Shown here: piece by piece, positions 12,701 to 26,054 of the stretch
How positions within the stretch are numbered: the first letter of the stretch is position 1
How the letters are laid out: each line of letters begins with the position of its first letter
Assembly: GCA_030390025.1 (NCBI GenBank)
Contig: CM059431.1
Coordinates: 137,022,001-137,086,000 of the forward strand
Direction of reading: 5' to 3'
DNA length: 64,000 bases
Source of the DNA: Squalus acanthias
Taxonomy: Eukaryota
Program-made: the position numbers and the translations under genes
The notes under the pieces: generated by a model
Told to the model about the DNA's origin: nothing
The model's input: only the letters and a program-made list of their open reading frames with translations
The model's database searches: none

Positions 12701-13095
12701 CACCATCAGTGACCTTTTCAAAGAGAGAGACTTCCCAACAGGGAGCCCTTTTAATGGGTAAGTCTCACTATCCTTGACACTTTTATAGAGAGATTCTCAC
12801 TATCAGAGACCGTTTTAAAGAGGGAGTCTCACCCTCGGGGACCCCTTTTGAAGAGGGAGTCTTTCTATCAAGGACCCCTTTTAAAGAGGGAGTCTTTCTA
12901 CCAGGAACCCCTTTAAAAGAGGGAGTCTTTCTACCAGGAACCCCTTTAAAAGAGGGAGTCTCACCATCAGGGACCCCATTTAAAGAGCGAGTTTTTCTAT
13001 CAGGTATTCTTTTTAAAGTGGACGTCTTTCTATTAGCGACCTCTTTTAATGAGAGAGTCGCCCCATTAGGGACCTCTTTTAATGAGAGAGTCGCT

Positions 13096-13180
13096 CTCTG
13101 AGTACTGCCCCTCCGACAATGCGGTGCTCCATCGGTACTGCCTCACTGACAGGGCAGAGCTCCCTCATTACTGCCCCTCC
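13096..13180. repeat. About 2.5 units of an unrelated ~32-bp minisatellite (GCTCCCTCAGTACTGCCCCTCCGACAGTGC-like)
   Basis: TACTGCC recurs three times at ~32-bp spacing; no similarity to the host 33-mer. Confidence 0.7.
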
Positions 13181-15901
13181 TTTTAAAGAACTAATCTCAC
13201 CATCAGGGAACCATTTTAAAGAGGGTTTTACATTATTCGGGACTCCTATTAAAAAGGGAGCCTCCCCAACAGGGCCCCATTTTAAAGAGAGAATCTCACC
13301 TTCAGGGAGCTCTTTTAAAGAGATAATCTTTCTCTGAAGGACCCCATTTAAAGCGGGAGTCTTTCTATCAGAGACCCAATTTAAATAGAATCTTCATATT
13401 AGGGACTCCTTTTAAAGAGATTTTTACCGTCAGGGTCTCCTTTTAAAGAGGGAGTCTCAGCATCAGAAGCCCCATTTAAAGAACGAGTGTCCACATTTAA
13501 AGAGGGAGTCTCATCATCAGGGACCCCTTTTAAAGAGTGTCTCACCGTCAGTGTCTCCTTTTAAAGAGGAAGTCTCATCATCAGGGATCCCTTTTAAAGA
13601 GTGTGTCTCACCATCAGAGTCCCCTAAACTGGGAGTCTCACCATCAGGGACCCCTTTTAAATAGGGAGTCTCACCATCACGAACCCCTTTTAAAGAGGTA
13701 GTCTCACCTTCAGTGGCCCCTTTTAAAGATAGAGTCTCACCATAAGGGACCCCTTTTAAAGAGGGAATCTTACCATCAGGCGACCCTTTTAAAGAGGGAG
13801 TCTCACCTTCAGATACCCTTTTAAAGAGGGAGACATTCTATCAGGGATCCCTTTTAAAGAGCGAGTCTCACCATTAGGGATCCCTTTTATGAAGAGAGTC
13901 TCACTACCAGGGTCCCCTTTTAACGCGGGTGCCTCATCATCAGGGAGTTCTTTTAAAGAGGGAGTCTCACCATCAGGTATCCCATTGAAAGAGAGAGTCT
14001 CATTATCAGGGATCACTTTTGAAGAGTAATCTTTCCATCAGGGATCCCTTTTAAAGAGGGACCCTCACCATCAGGATCCCATTTTAACGAGGGAGTTTCA
14101 GCTTCAGGGACTCCTATTAAGGAAAGACTCTCACCATCAGGGACCCTTTTAAAGAGGGAGTCTCATTCTCAGGGGCCACTTTTAAAGAGGCAATCTCCCC
14201 ATTAGGTATCCTTTTTAAAGAGAGATTCTCACCCTCAGGGGCCCCTTTTAAAGAGGGTGTTTCACCAACAAGGACCCCTTTTATCGAGAGAGTCTCCCCA
14301 TTAGGGATCTCTTAAAGAAGAGGTCTCAACATCAGGGCTCCCTTTTAAAGAGGGAGTATTCCTATCAGCGAGTCATTTTAAAGAGGGACTCTCACCATCA
14401 GAGACCCTTTTAAAGAAGGAGTCTTTCTATCAGGGACCCCTTTTAAAGTGAGTCTTACCATCAGGGACGCCTTTTAAAGACAATCTCACCATCAAAAATG
14501 TATTTTAAAGAGGGATTCTCACCATCAGGGATCCCTTTTAAAGAGAGATTCGCGCCGTCACAGACCCTTTTAAAGATGGAGTCTTTCTATCAGGGACAAC
14601 TTTTAAAGAGCGTGTATCCCCATCAGGGACCCTTTTTAAAGAGGGATTCTCACCATCAGGGACCACTTTTAAAGAGGGAGACTCACCATAAGTGATCGCT
14701 TTTAAAGAGGGAGTATTTCCATTAGGGTTCCCATTTAAAGAGAGAGTCTCTCCGTCAGAGACCTTCTTAAACAGGGAGACTTTCTATCAGGGAGCCCTTT
14801 TAAACAGTAACTCTCATCATCAGGGATACTCTTTAAAGAGTGAGTCTTACCATCTGGGATCATTTTTAAAGAGTGAGACTCGCCATCAGGGATCCCTTTT
14901 AATGAAGGAGTCTTTCCATCAGGGAGCCTTATTAAAGAGGGAGTCTCTTCATCAGAGACCCTTTTAAAGAGCGAGTCTTTCTATGATGGGCCCTTTTAAA
15001 GAGGGAGTCTCACCATCAGGGAACCATTTTATAGAGTGCCTTACCATCAGAGACCCCTTTTAAAGAGGGAGTCTTTCTATCAAGGAGCCATTTTAAAGCA
15101 AGTCTTACCATGAGGGACCCCTTTTAAAGAGGGAGTCTCATCATTAGGGGCCCCTTTTAAAGAGGGATACTCACCATCACGTAACCCCTTTAAAGAGGAA
15201 GTCTTTCTATCAGGGACCCCTTTGAAAGTGAGTCTTACAATCAGGTACCCCTTTTAAAGTTTGAGTCTCACCATCCGGGATCCTTTTTAAAGAGAGATTC
15301 TTGCCGTCAGAGACCATTTTAAAGATGGAGTCTTTCTATCAGGGACAACTTTAAAAGATTGTTTCTCCACATCAGGGACCCCTTTTAAAGTGGGAGTCTC
15401 GGCATCAGGGACCCCTTTTAAAGATGGAGCCTCGCCATCAGGGATCCCTTTAAAGAGGGAGACTCACCTTCAGGGAACCCTATTAAAGAGGGAGCCTCAC
15501 CATCAGGGATTCCATTTAAAGAGTGAGTCTCTCCATCAGAGAGAATGTTAAAGAGGGATTCTTTCTATCAGGGAGCCCATTTAAAGAGAAAGTCTCACCA
15601 TCAGGTATTCCCTTTAAAGAGTCAGACTCGCCGACAGGCAGTCCTTTTAAAGAAGCAGTCTTTCTATCAGGGGGCCCTTTTAAAGAGGGAGTCTCACCAT
15701 CAAAGACCCTTTTAAAGAGAGAATCTTATCTCAGGAATCCCTTTTAAAGCTGGAATCTCCCCGTTAGGGGTCCCTTTTATAAACGAAGTCTCACCACCAT
15801 GGACCCCTTTTAAATAGGGAGTCTCACCATCAGGGACCACTTTTAAAGAGAGAGTATTTCTATCAGGAATCACTTTTGAAGAGGGAGTCTTTATATTAGT
15901 G

Positions 15902-18104
15902 TGTGGCGGTACGCCACCTAAACGGTCGCAATCCAAATTTCCGTCCGTGGACAATAAATCGGGCACCTTGTCTTTAAGGCGCATGCTGCCTTTAAGGCAT
16001 GAAAAAAGGAGTGGGCGTCGCCCTCAGTGTGAACTTAAAAAGAGCGAGCGTCAGCCGCCTTCGACTCCACCAAGACCACCCTGCTCGCGCACCCATGGCC
16101 CAATGCCAAGGTAGTGCTCAACACGGACGCCTCCGACCATGCGGTCGGCGCCGTGTATGAGCAGTGGGTCGACGGCGCCTGGCAACCACTTGCCTTCTTC
16201 AGGCCAACTACGCCCCCCGGAGGTCAAGTACAGCACCTTCGACTGCGAGCTCCTCGCGCTGTTCCTGGCCATCCGCCATTTTCGGTTTTAGCTGGAGGGC
16301 CACCCCTTCACTGCGTTTGGCGACCACAAACCCCTGACATTCGCAATGGCAAAGACAACCGACCCCTGGGCCGCCAGGCAGCAGCGCCAGCTCGAGGCAG
16401 TGTCCGAGTTCCGCTCTTACATCCAATACGTCTCCAGCCGAGACAATGTGGCAGCCGACTGCCTCTCCCGCACCGCCATCCATGCCGCACACCTGGCAGT
16501 CGACTACACTCAACTCGCAGCAGACCAGATCACCGACCTTGAACTGCTCTCCGCACCTACCAGCCTACCAGGGCTACGCCTGGCCGACGTCGCCTGTGGC
16601 CTGATTACAATCACGGTCAAGTGCGACATAGCCCTATGTCAACCTCGGCCCGTCGTCCCAGCGTCCTGGCGCCGCCGGGTATTCGAGATTCTCCACAACC
16701 TCTCCCACCCCGGCGCCCGCAGATCCATCAAATTGGTAGCCAACCGCTTAGTCTGGCGCGGCCTTCGCAAGGATGTGCATACTTGGGCCAACTCCTGCCT
16801 AGCCTGCCAACGGGCCAAGGTGAAGCAACACACGAAAGCACCCCTCAAGGAGTTTAACGTCCCCTCGCAGAGATTCGACCACATCCACGTTGACATCGTC
16901 GGGCCCCTGCCGATGTCGCAAGGCCACACGCACTTGCTGACGATCGTTGACCGCACCACGCGCTGGCCCGAGGCAATTCTACTGACCTCTACCACCACCG
17001 CCGACATTGCCAGAGCCTTCGTCAGCACCTGGGTCGCACGGTTCAGCGTCCCCTTCAACATGACGTCGGACAGAGGTCCGCAATTTACCTCTGAACTCTG
17101 GACCGGCGTCGCACGCAATCTCGGGGTGACCATTCACCGCACCACAGCATACCTTCCCCAAGCCAACGGACTGTTTGAGCGTTTCCACAGATCCTTGAAG
17201 GCATCTCTTCGAGCCAGCCTCCAGGACGGTGCCTGGACCGACCGACTCCCGTGGGTCCTCCTCGGCTTGCGCACCGCGGTTAAAGAAGACCTCCATGCAT
17301 CAGCAGCAGAGCTCGTGTACGGACAGCTGCTGCGAGTTCCTGTCCACCGCCACGATACCCTGGTTAACCGAACAGCAATGCCACGACTTCGCCTCACCGG
17401 CGCTTTGGTTCGGCCTGAGGCCCATTGTCCAACAAGACGAATCCACCTCACATGTCCCACTAAGCCTGCACCAGGCACGGTTCGTTTTCGTCGGGCACGA
17501 CGCCCACCGCGGACCCCTTCAACCCCCGTACGACGGGCCCTACAAGGTGCTACAGGCTGGGGACAAATTTTCACCCTACAAGTGGGCGACAGGACCGAAA
17601 AAGTGTTGGTTGACCGACTCAAACAAGCACACTCAGAGCCCGGTGAGCAGGTCCCTGTAGCTCGTGCACCGCCACGCGGCCGACCTGCCCTCAAGCCAGT
17701 TCACCCTGCTGCTCCATGCCCAGCCGTTCCACGTCCACCGGCGTCCTACAAGAGCCGCTCCGGTCGGCCCATCAGACCGCCGCACCGTCTCGTCCACACC
17801 TGCTGAGCGGTTTCTGGGGTGAGCTGTGTGGCGGATCGCCACCTAAATGGGCGCACTCCACTTTTCCGTCCGTGGACAATAAATCGGGCACCTTGCCTTT
17901 AAGGCGCATGCTGCCTTAAAGGCATGAAAAAAGGAGTTTGCGTCGCCCTCAGTGTGAAGTTAAAAAGAGTGGGCGTCGCCCTCAACCAGTAGAGTTTTGC
18001 AGAGAGAAGTTGCAGCAGCCATTTTGACAAGCAGTATGTAATTAAAAGCCATGTGCTCCACATATTGACTCGGCCTCAATTTGTGCTTCGCGGCAGTCAC
18101 AACA
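15902..18104 (+). mobile_element. Ty3/Gypsy LTR retrotransposon, internally deleted (copy 1)
   Basis: TG...CA ends; AGTG duplicated at 15898-15901 and 18105-18108; truncated 5' LTR 15902-16052; 3' LTR 17827-18104 preceded by a purine-rich tract; RNase H then integrase order. Confidence 0.94.
16053..17806 (+). pseudogene. Gypsy pol remnant: RNase H and integrase (HHCC, DDE, GPY/F), frameshifted
   Basis: TDASDHAVGAV, ELLAL, DHKPL; LHNLSHPG...CLACQ; HVDIVGPL, SDRGPQF, ERFHRSLK; PYDGPYKV in another frame. Confidence 0.92.
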
Positions 18105-19515
18105 AGTGACCAATTTAAACAGAGAGTCTCCCCATTAGAGTTTCTCACCATTATGGAACACTTTTAAAGAGAGTGTATTTCTATCAGGGACCACTTTTAA
18201 AAAGGGAGTCTCACGATAAGGGATCCCTGTTAAAGAGGTTATCTTACCCTCAGGGACAGCTTTTAACGAGAGAGTCTCCCCAACAGATACCCTTTTTAAA
18301 GAGAGAGTCTCACCATCAGGGATCCCTTTTAAAGAGCGAGTCTCACATTCAGGGAACACTTTTAAAGAGGCTGTTTTAGGATCAGGGAGTCCAATGAAAG
18401 AGGGTGTCCCATCATCAGGGACATCTTTTAAAGAGAGAGTACCACCATCAGGGACTTCTTTAAAGAGTGAGTCCCACCTTCAGGGATCCCATTTAAAGAG
18501 GGAGTATCACTATCAGGGACCACTTTTCAAGAGAGATTCTTTATATCAGGAACCCTTTTTAAAGAGGGAGTATCAAACTCCGGACCCATTTTGAAGAGGG
18601 AGTCTTCCTATCAGGGAATCTTTTAGAGAGGGAGTCTCACCATCAGAGATCCCATTTAAAGAGGGAGTCTCACTATCAGGGACCCCTTTTCAAGAGAGAT
18701 TATTTCTATCAGGAACCCCTTTTAAAGAGAGAGTATCAAACTCCGGACCAATTTTGAAGAGGGAGTCTTTCTATCAGGGATTCTTTTAAAGAGTGAATCT
18801 CACCATCAGAGATCCTTTAAAAGAGGGAGTCTTTCCATCAGGGAACCCTTTTAAAGTGAGTCTTACAATCAAGAAACCATTTTAAAGATTGAGTCATCAT
18901 CCCAAATGCCTTTTATAGAGGGACTCTCACCAACAGGGATCCTTTTTAAAGAGAGATTCTTGCCGTCAGAGACCAATTTCAGATGGAGTCTTTCTATCAG
19001 GGATTCTTTTAAAGAGGGAATCTCACCATCAGAGATCCTTTTAAAGAGGGAGTCTTTCCATCAGGGACCCATTTTTAAGTGAGTCTTACAATCAGGAAAC
19101 CCTTTTAAAGATTGAGTCACCATCACAAATGCCTTTTAAAGAGGGACTCTCACCATCAGGGATCCCCTTGAAAGAGTGAGTCTTAACATCTGGGACCATT
19201 TTTAAAGAGTGAGACTCGCCGTCAGGGTTTCCTTTTAAAGAAGGTGTCTTTCTATCAGGGATCCATTTTAAAGAGTGTATCTCACCATTAGGGATAACTT
19301 TTAAAGAGGGAGTCTCCCCATAAGGGGTCCCTTTTATAGAAGAAGTCTCACCATCAGGGACCGCTTTTAAAGAGAGACTTTTTCTATCAGGGACCCCTTT
19401 TAAAGAGGGAGTATCACCATCAGGGTCCCCTTTTAAGCAGGGAATCTCAACATAAGGAATTCTTTTCAAGAGGGAGTCCCACCATCAGAAACCCTTTTAA
19501 AGATTGAATCTCATC

Positions 19516-19666
19516 AAGCTCTTGGGGAACATAAAAACTGACTGCAACAGCTTCTATAGATATGTGAAGAGAAAAAGATTGATGAAGTCAAGCGTAGGAC
19601 CCTTGCAGTCAGAAACAGAGGAATTTATAATGGGGTACAAAGAAATGGCAACCAATTAAATACATA
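19516..19666 (+). mobile_element. Internal CR1 family B ORF2 fragment without 3' tail
   Basis: Aligns by eye to 23995-24146 (..CTTCTATAGATATGTGAAGA..CCCTTGCAGTCAGAA..CAATTAAATACATA). Confidence 0.85.
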
Positions 19667-22600
19667 CACCATCAGGGAACCCTTTTAAAAGAGGGATTCT
19701 CAACATCATAGACCCTTTCTAAAGAGGGTGTCTCACCATCAGGGATTTCTTTTAAATAGGGAGTCTCACCATCAGGGGTCCCTTTTAACTAGGGTGTCTC
19801 ACCATCAGGGAACCTTTTTTAAAGAGAGAGTCTTTCTATCAGGAATCATTTTTGAAGAGGGAGCCTTTCTATTAGTGACGAATTTAAACAGAGTATTTCC
19901 TCATTAGAGATTCTCAGCATCAGGGGCTCCCTTTAAAGAGAGAGCCTTTCCTTCAGGAACCACTTTTGAAGAGGGAGACTTTCTATCAGTGACCCCATTT
20001 AAACAGGGCGTATCCCCATTAGAGAGTCTCACCATCAGGGAACACTTTTAAAGAGAGAGTATTTCTATCAGGTACGCCTTTTAAAAAGGGAGTCTCGCGA
20101 TAAGGGATCCCTTTTAAAGAGGTTATCTGACCCACAGGGACAGCTTTTAACGAGAGAGTCTCCCCATCAAATACCATTTTCAAAGAGAGTCACACCATCA
20201 AGGATCCCTTTTAAAGAGCGAGTCTCACCATCAGGGAAAACTTTTAAAGAGGCTTCTTTAGCATCAGGGAGTCCAATGAAAGAGGGAGTCTCACCATCAA
20301 GGACACGTTTTTAAGAGGGTGCCCCATCATCAGGGACAGTTTTAAAGAGAGAGTCTCACCATCAGGGACTCCTTTTAAAGACGGAGTCTCACCATCATGG
20401 ATCCTATTAAAAGAGGGAGTCTCACTATCAGGGACCCCTTTTCAAGAGAGATTATTTCTATCAGCAACCCCTTTTAAAGAGGGAGTCTCAAACTCCGGAC
20501 CCATTTTGAAGATGGAGACTTTCTATCAGGGATTCTTTTAAGGAGGGACTTTCACCATCAGCGATCCATTTAAACAGGGAGTATTGCCATCAGGGAATCC
20601 TTTTAAAGAGTGAGTCTTACCATCGGAGATCCCTTTTAAAGAGAGAGTCTCACACTTAGGGAACCTTGTAAAGGGGGTGTCTCACCATCAGGAACACCTT
20701 TTAAAGAGTGTGTCTTTCTAGCCCATTTTAAAGAGAGATTTTTTTTATCAGAGACCCCAGTTAGACAGAATCTTCCTATTAGGCACATCTTTTAAAGAGA
20801 GAGTCTGACAATCTGCGACACGTTTTAAAGAGGGAGTATCCCCGTCTGGGACCCTTCCTAATGAGAGAGTCTCTCCACCAGGGACCCCTTTTAACAAGGG
20901 AGACTCTTCATCAGGGACCCATTTTAAAGAGGGAGTTTCAGCATCAGCGACTGCTTTTAAAGAGATCGTCTCTCCATCAGTTTCCCCTATTAAAGGGAGA
21001 GTGTCACCATCAGGGACACCTTTTAAACAGGGTGTCTCACCATCAGGGACGCCTTTTAAAGAGAGAGTTTCACCATCAGCGACCCCTTTTAAATAGGGAG
21101 TCTCACCATCAGGGACCCACTTGAAAGAGAGGGTCTTTCTTTCAGGGATCCCTTTAAAAGTGGAGATCTCACCATTAGGGACCCCTTTTAAAGAGGGAGT
21201 CTCACCGTTAGGTACTTCTTTTAAAGAGAGAGTCTTTCTATCAGGAATCACTTTTGAAGAGGGAGTCTTTCTATCAGTGATCCCTTTTAAACAGAGTGTC
21301 TCCCCATTAGAGAGTCTCACCATCAGGGAACACTTTTAAAGAGAGAGTATTTCTATCAGGTACCCCTTTTAAAAAGGGTGTCTCGCGATAAGGGATCCCT
21401 TTTAAAGAGGTTATCTGACCCACAGGGACAGCTTTTAACGAGAGAGTCTCCCCATCAAATACCATTTTCAAAGAGAGAGTCACACCATCAAGGATCCCTT
21501 TTAAAGAGCGAGTCTCACCATCAGGGAAAACTTTTAAAGAGGCTGCTTTAGCATCAGGGAGTCCAATGAAAGAGGAAGTCTCACCATCAAGGACACGTTT
21601 TTAAGAGGGTGCCCCATCATCAGGGACATTTTTAAAGAGAGAGTCTCACCATCAGGGACTCCTTTTAAAGACGGAGTCTCACCATCATGGATCCTATTAA
21701 AAGAGGGAGTCTCACTATCAGGGACCCCTTTTCAAGAGAGATTATTTCTATCAGCAACCCCTTTTAAAGAGGGAGTCTCAAACTCCGGACCCATTTTGAA
21801 GATGGAGACTTTCTATCAGGGATTCTTTTCAGGAGGGACTTTCACCATCAGCGATCCATTTAAACCGGGAGTCTTTCCATCAGGGAATCCTTTTAAAGAG
21901 TGAGTCTTACCATCGGAGATCCCTTTTAAAGAGAGAGTCTCACACTTAGGGAACCTTGTAAAGGGGGTGTCTCACCATCAGGAACACCTTTTAAAGAGTG
22001 TGTCTTTCTAGCCCCTTTTAAAGAGAGATTTTTTTTATCAGAGACCCCAGTTAGAAAGAATCTTCCTATTAGGCACATCTTTTAAAGAGAGAGTCTGACA
22101 ATCTGCGACACGTTTTAAAGAGGGAGTATCCCCGTCTGGGACCCTTCCTAATGAGAGAGTCTCTCCACCAGGGACCCCTTTTAAAAAGGGAGACTCTTCA
22201 TCAGGGACCCATTTTAAAGAGGGAGTTTCAGCATCAGCGACTGCTTTTAAAGAGATCGTCTCTCCATCAGCTTCCCCTATTAAAGGGAGAGTGTCACCAT
22301 CAGGGACACCTTTTAAACAGGGTGTCTCACCATCAGGGACGCCTTTTAAAGAGAGAGTTTCACCATCAGCGACCCCTTTAAAATAGGGAGTCTCACCATC
22401 AGGGACCCACTTTAAAGAGAGGGTCTTTCTTTCAGGGATCCCTTTAAAAGTGGAGATCTCACCATTAGGGACCCCTTTTAAAGAGGGAGTCTCACCGTTA
22501 GGTACTTCTTTTAAAGAGAGAGTCTTTCTATCAGGAATCACTTTTGAAGAGGGAGTCTTTCTATCAGTGATCCCTTTTAAACAGAGTGTCTCCCCATTAG

Positions 22601-23346
22601 AGAGTCTCACCATCAGGGAACACTTTTAAAGAAGGACCCCTTTTAAAGAGAGACTTTCGATCAGTGACCCAATTTAAAGAGAATCTTCCTATTAAGGACA
22701 TCTTTTAAAGATAGAGTATTTCTATCAGGGACCCCTGTTAAAGAGTCTCACCGTCAGGTTCTCCTTTAAAGAGTAAGTCTCACCATCAGGGACCGCTTTT
22801 AAAGAGGGAGTCTCACCATCAGGGACTCGTATTACAGAGGGAGTCTCAACACCAGGGACCCCTTTTAAAGAGAGAGTCTTTCTCTCAGAAACCACTTTTG
22901 AAGAGGTAGCATTTCTATCTGTAAACCCTTCTAAACAGAGAGTATCCCCATTACAGAGTCTCACCATCAGGGACCCCTTTTAAAGAGAGAGTCTTTCTAT
23001 CAGGAACCACTTTTGTTGAGAGAGCCTTTCTATCAGTGACCCCTTTTAAACAGGGAGTCTCCCCATTAGAGAGTCTCACAATCAGGGACCACTTTTAAAG
23101 AGGGAGCCGCTCTATCAGGGAAACCTTTTAAACAGAGAGACTCAACATCAGGGAACCCTTTTAAAGAGAGACTCTCCCCAACAGGGACCACTTTTAAAGA
23201 GGGAGTCTCACCATCACGGACACATTTAAAGAGGGTGTTTCAGCATCAGGCACTCCTATTAAAGAGTGAGTCTCACCTTCAGGGATCCATCTTAAATAGG
23301 GTGTCTCATCATCAGGGACATCTTTTAAAGAGAGAGTTTCACCATC

Positions 23347-26054
23347 ATTATAGACGCGTACAATAAGGGCACTGCAGTTATCAAGGGTGAATTGAATCTA
23401 CATATAGATTGGCTAACCAAATTCGCAACAATACTGTGGAGGAGGAATTCCTAGAGTGCATACGGGATGCTTTCCTGGAGCAATGTGTCGAGGAACCAAA
23501 TAGAAAGCAGGCCGTCTTAGATTGGCTATTATGTAATGATAAAGGATTAATTTGCAATCTTGTTGTGCGAGGCCCCTAGGGGAGGAGCGATCATAATATG
23601 CTAGAATTCTTCATTAAGATGGAGAGTGAAGTAGTTGACTCAGAGACTAGGGTTCTGAATTTAAATAAAGCAAACTACGATGGTATGAGGCGCGAGTTGG
23701 CTAGGATGGATTGGGAAACGTTACTGAAAGGGTTGACGGTGGATAGGCAATGGCAAACATTTAAAGATTGCATGGATGAACTGCAGAATTTGTTCATTCC
23801 TGTTTGGCATAAAAATAAAACATAAAAGGTGACCCAACCGTGGCTAACAAGGGAAATTAGGGATAGCATAAGATCCAAGGTGAGGACATATAAATGGCCA
23901 GAAAAAGCAGCAAACCTGAGAATTGGAAGCAGTTTAGTCTTCAGTACAGGAGGACAAAGGGATTAATTAAGAACGGGAAAATAGAGTATGAGAGTAAGCT
24001 TACAGGAACATAAACACTGACTGTAAAAGCTTCTATAGATATGTGAAGACAAAAAGATTGGTGAAGTCAAGCATAGGTCCCTTGCAGTCAGAATCAGGGG
24101 AATTTATAATGGGGAACAAAGAAATGGCAGCCCAATTAAATACATATTTTGGTTCTGTCTTCACAAAGGAGGACACAAATAACCTCCCAGAGATGTCAGG
24201 GAACATAGGATCTAATGAGAGGGAGGAACTGAAAGAAATCAGTATTTTTAGGGAAATGGTGGTAGGGAAATTGACGGGACTGAAGGCCCATAAATCCCCA
24301 GGGCCTGAAAATCTACATCTTAAGGTACTTAAGGAAGTGGCCCTAGAAATAGTAGATGCATTGCAGGTCATCTTTAAAAAAATTATGGACTTTGGAACAG
24401 TTCCCATGGATTGGAGGTTAGCTAATGTAACCCCACTATTTAAAAAAGGTGGTAGAGAGAAAATGTTGAATTATAGTAATTATAGTAAGACTGACATCGG
24501 TAGTGGGGAAAATGCTAGAGTCCATTATAAAAGATGAGAAGTCGCACAATACCAGGTTATAGTCCAACAGTTTTATTTGAAATTACGAGTTTTCGGAACT
24601 CGTAATTTCAAATAAAACTGCTGGACTATAACCTGGTGTTGTGCGAATTCTCATTTTTTTCCACCCCAGTACAACACCGGCATCTCCGCATCATTATAAA
24701 AGATGTAATAGCAGAGCACGTGGAAAACAGTGACAGGATCGGACATAGTCAACATGGATTTACAAATGGTACATCATGCTTGGCTAATCTAATGGAAATT
24801 TTTGAGGATGTAACTGATAGAATAGATAAGGGAGAACCAGTGGATGTGGTGTATTTGGATTTTCAGAAGTCTTTCGATAAGGTTCCACTTAAGAGATTAG
24901 AGTGCAAAGTTAAAGCACAGCGGATTGGGGGTAAGGTACTGTCTTGGATAGAAACCTGATTGGCAGACAGGAAGCAAAGATTTGGAATAAATGGGTCTTT
25001 TTCCGAGTGGCAGGCAGTGACTAGTGGGGTACCGCAGGGATCGTTGCTAGGACCCCAGTTATTCACAATATATATTAATGATCTAGACGAGGGAACTAGA
25101 TGTAATATCTTCAAGTTTGCAGACGACACAAAGCTGGGTGGGCGTTTCTGCTGTGAGGAGAATGCAGATAAACTCCAGTATGATTTGGACAGTATGGGAG
25201 ATTGGGCTAATGCATGGCAGATGCAGTATAATGTGAATAAATGCGAGGTTATCCACTTTGGTGGCAAAAACAGGAAGGCAGATTATTATCTGAACTGCAA
25301 TAGATTGGAAAAAGGGGATTTGCAACGAGACCTGGGTGTCCTTGTGCACGAGTCGCTGATGGTAAGCATGCAGGTGCAGCACGCAGTTAGGAAGGCAAAT
25401 GGTTTGTTGGCCTTCATAGCGAGAGGATTCGAATACAGGAGCAAGGATGTCTTGTTGCAGTTGTACAGGGTCTTGGTGAGACCACACCTTGAGTATTGTG
25501 TGCAGTTTTGTTCGCCTTATCTGAGGAAGGATGTTATTGCCATGGAGAGAGTGCAGCGAAGATTCACCAGACTGATACCTGGGATGGCAGGAATGATGTA
25601 TGAAGAGGGATTGGCTCAACTGCGCTAGTATTCGCTGGAGTTTAGACGAATGAGAGGGGATCTCATTGAAACTTATAAAATTCTAACAGGACTCGAAATT
25701 CTAGATGCAGGAAGGATGTTCCCGATGGCGAGGGAGTCCAGATCATGGGGTTACAGTCTAAGGATAAGGGGTAAACCATTTAGGACTGAGATTAGGAGGA
25801 ATTTCTTCACCCAGATCGTGGTGAACTTGTGGAATTCTCTACCACAGAAGACAGTTGAGTCCAATTGATTAAATATATTCAAGAAGGAGTTAGATATATT
25901 TCTTAAGGCTAAGGGGATCAAGGGATATGGGGAGAAAGCATGGACAGGGTACTGAGCTTGGATGATCAACCATGACCGCATAGAATGGCGGAGCAGGCTC
26001 GAAGTGCCGAATGGCCTACTCCTGCAACTATCTTCTGTGCTTCTATGCTTCTAT
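23347..26054 (+). mobile_element. CR1-clade LINE, family B, 5'-truncated, multiple stops and frameshifts
   Basis: Endonuclease end (SDHN), KSPGP, QHGF, GVPQGS, FADD, HLEYC spread over ORFs 23598-25868; CTTCTATG tail at 26030-26054. Confidence 0.94.
24537..24691. mobile_element. 155-bp foldback insertion inside the CR1, with 14-bp target-site duplication
   Basis: CATTATAAAAGATG at 24523-24536 and 24692-24705; inverted arms 24534-24591 and 24597-24654 with 3 mismatches around a TTCGG loop. Confidence 0.85.
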
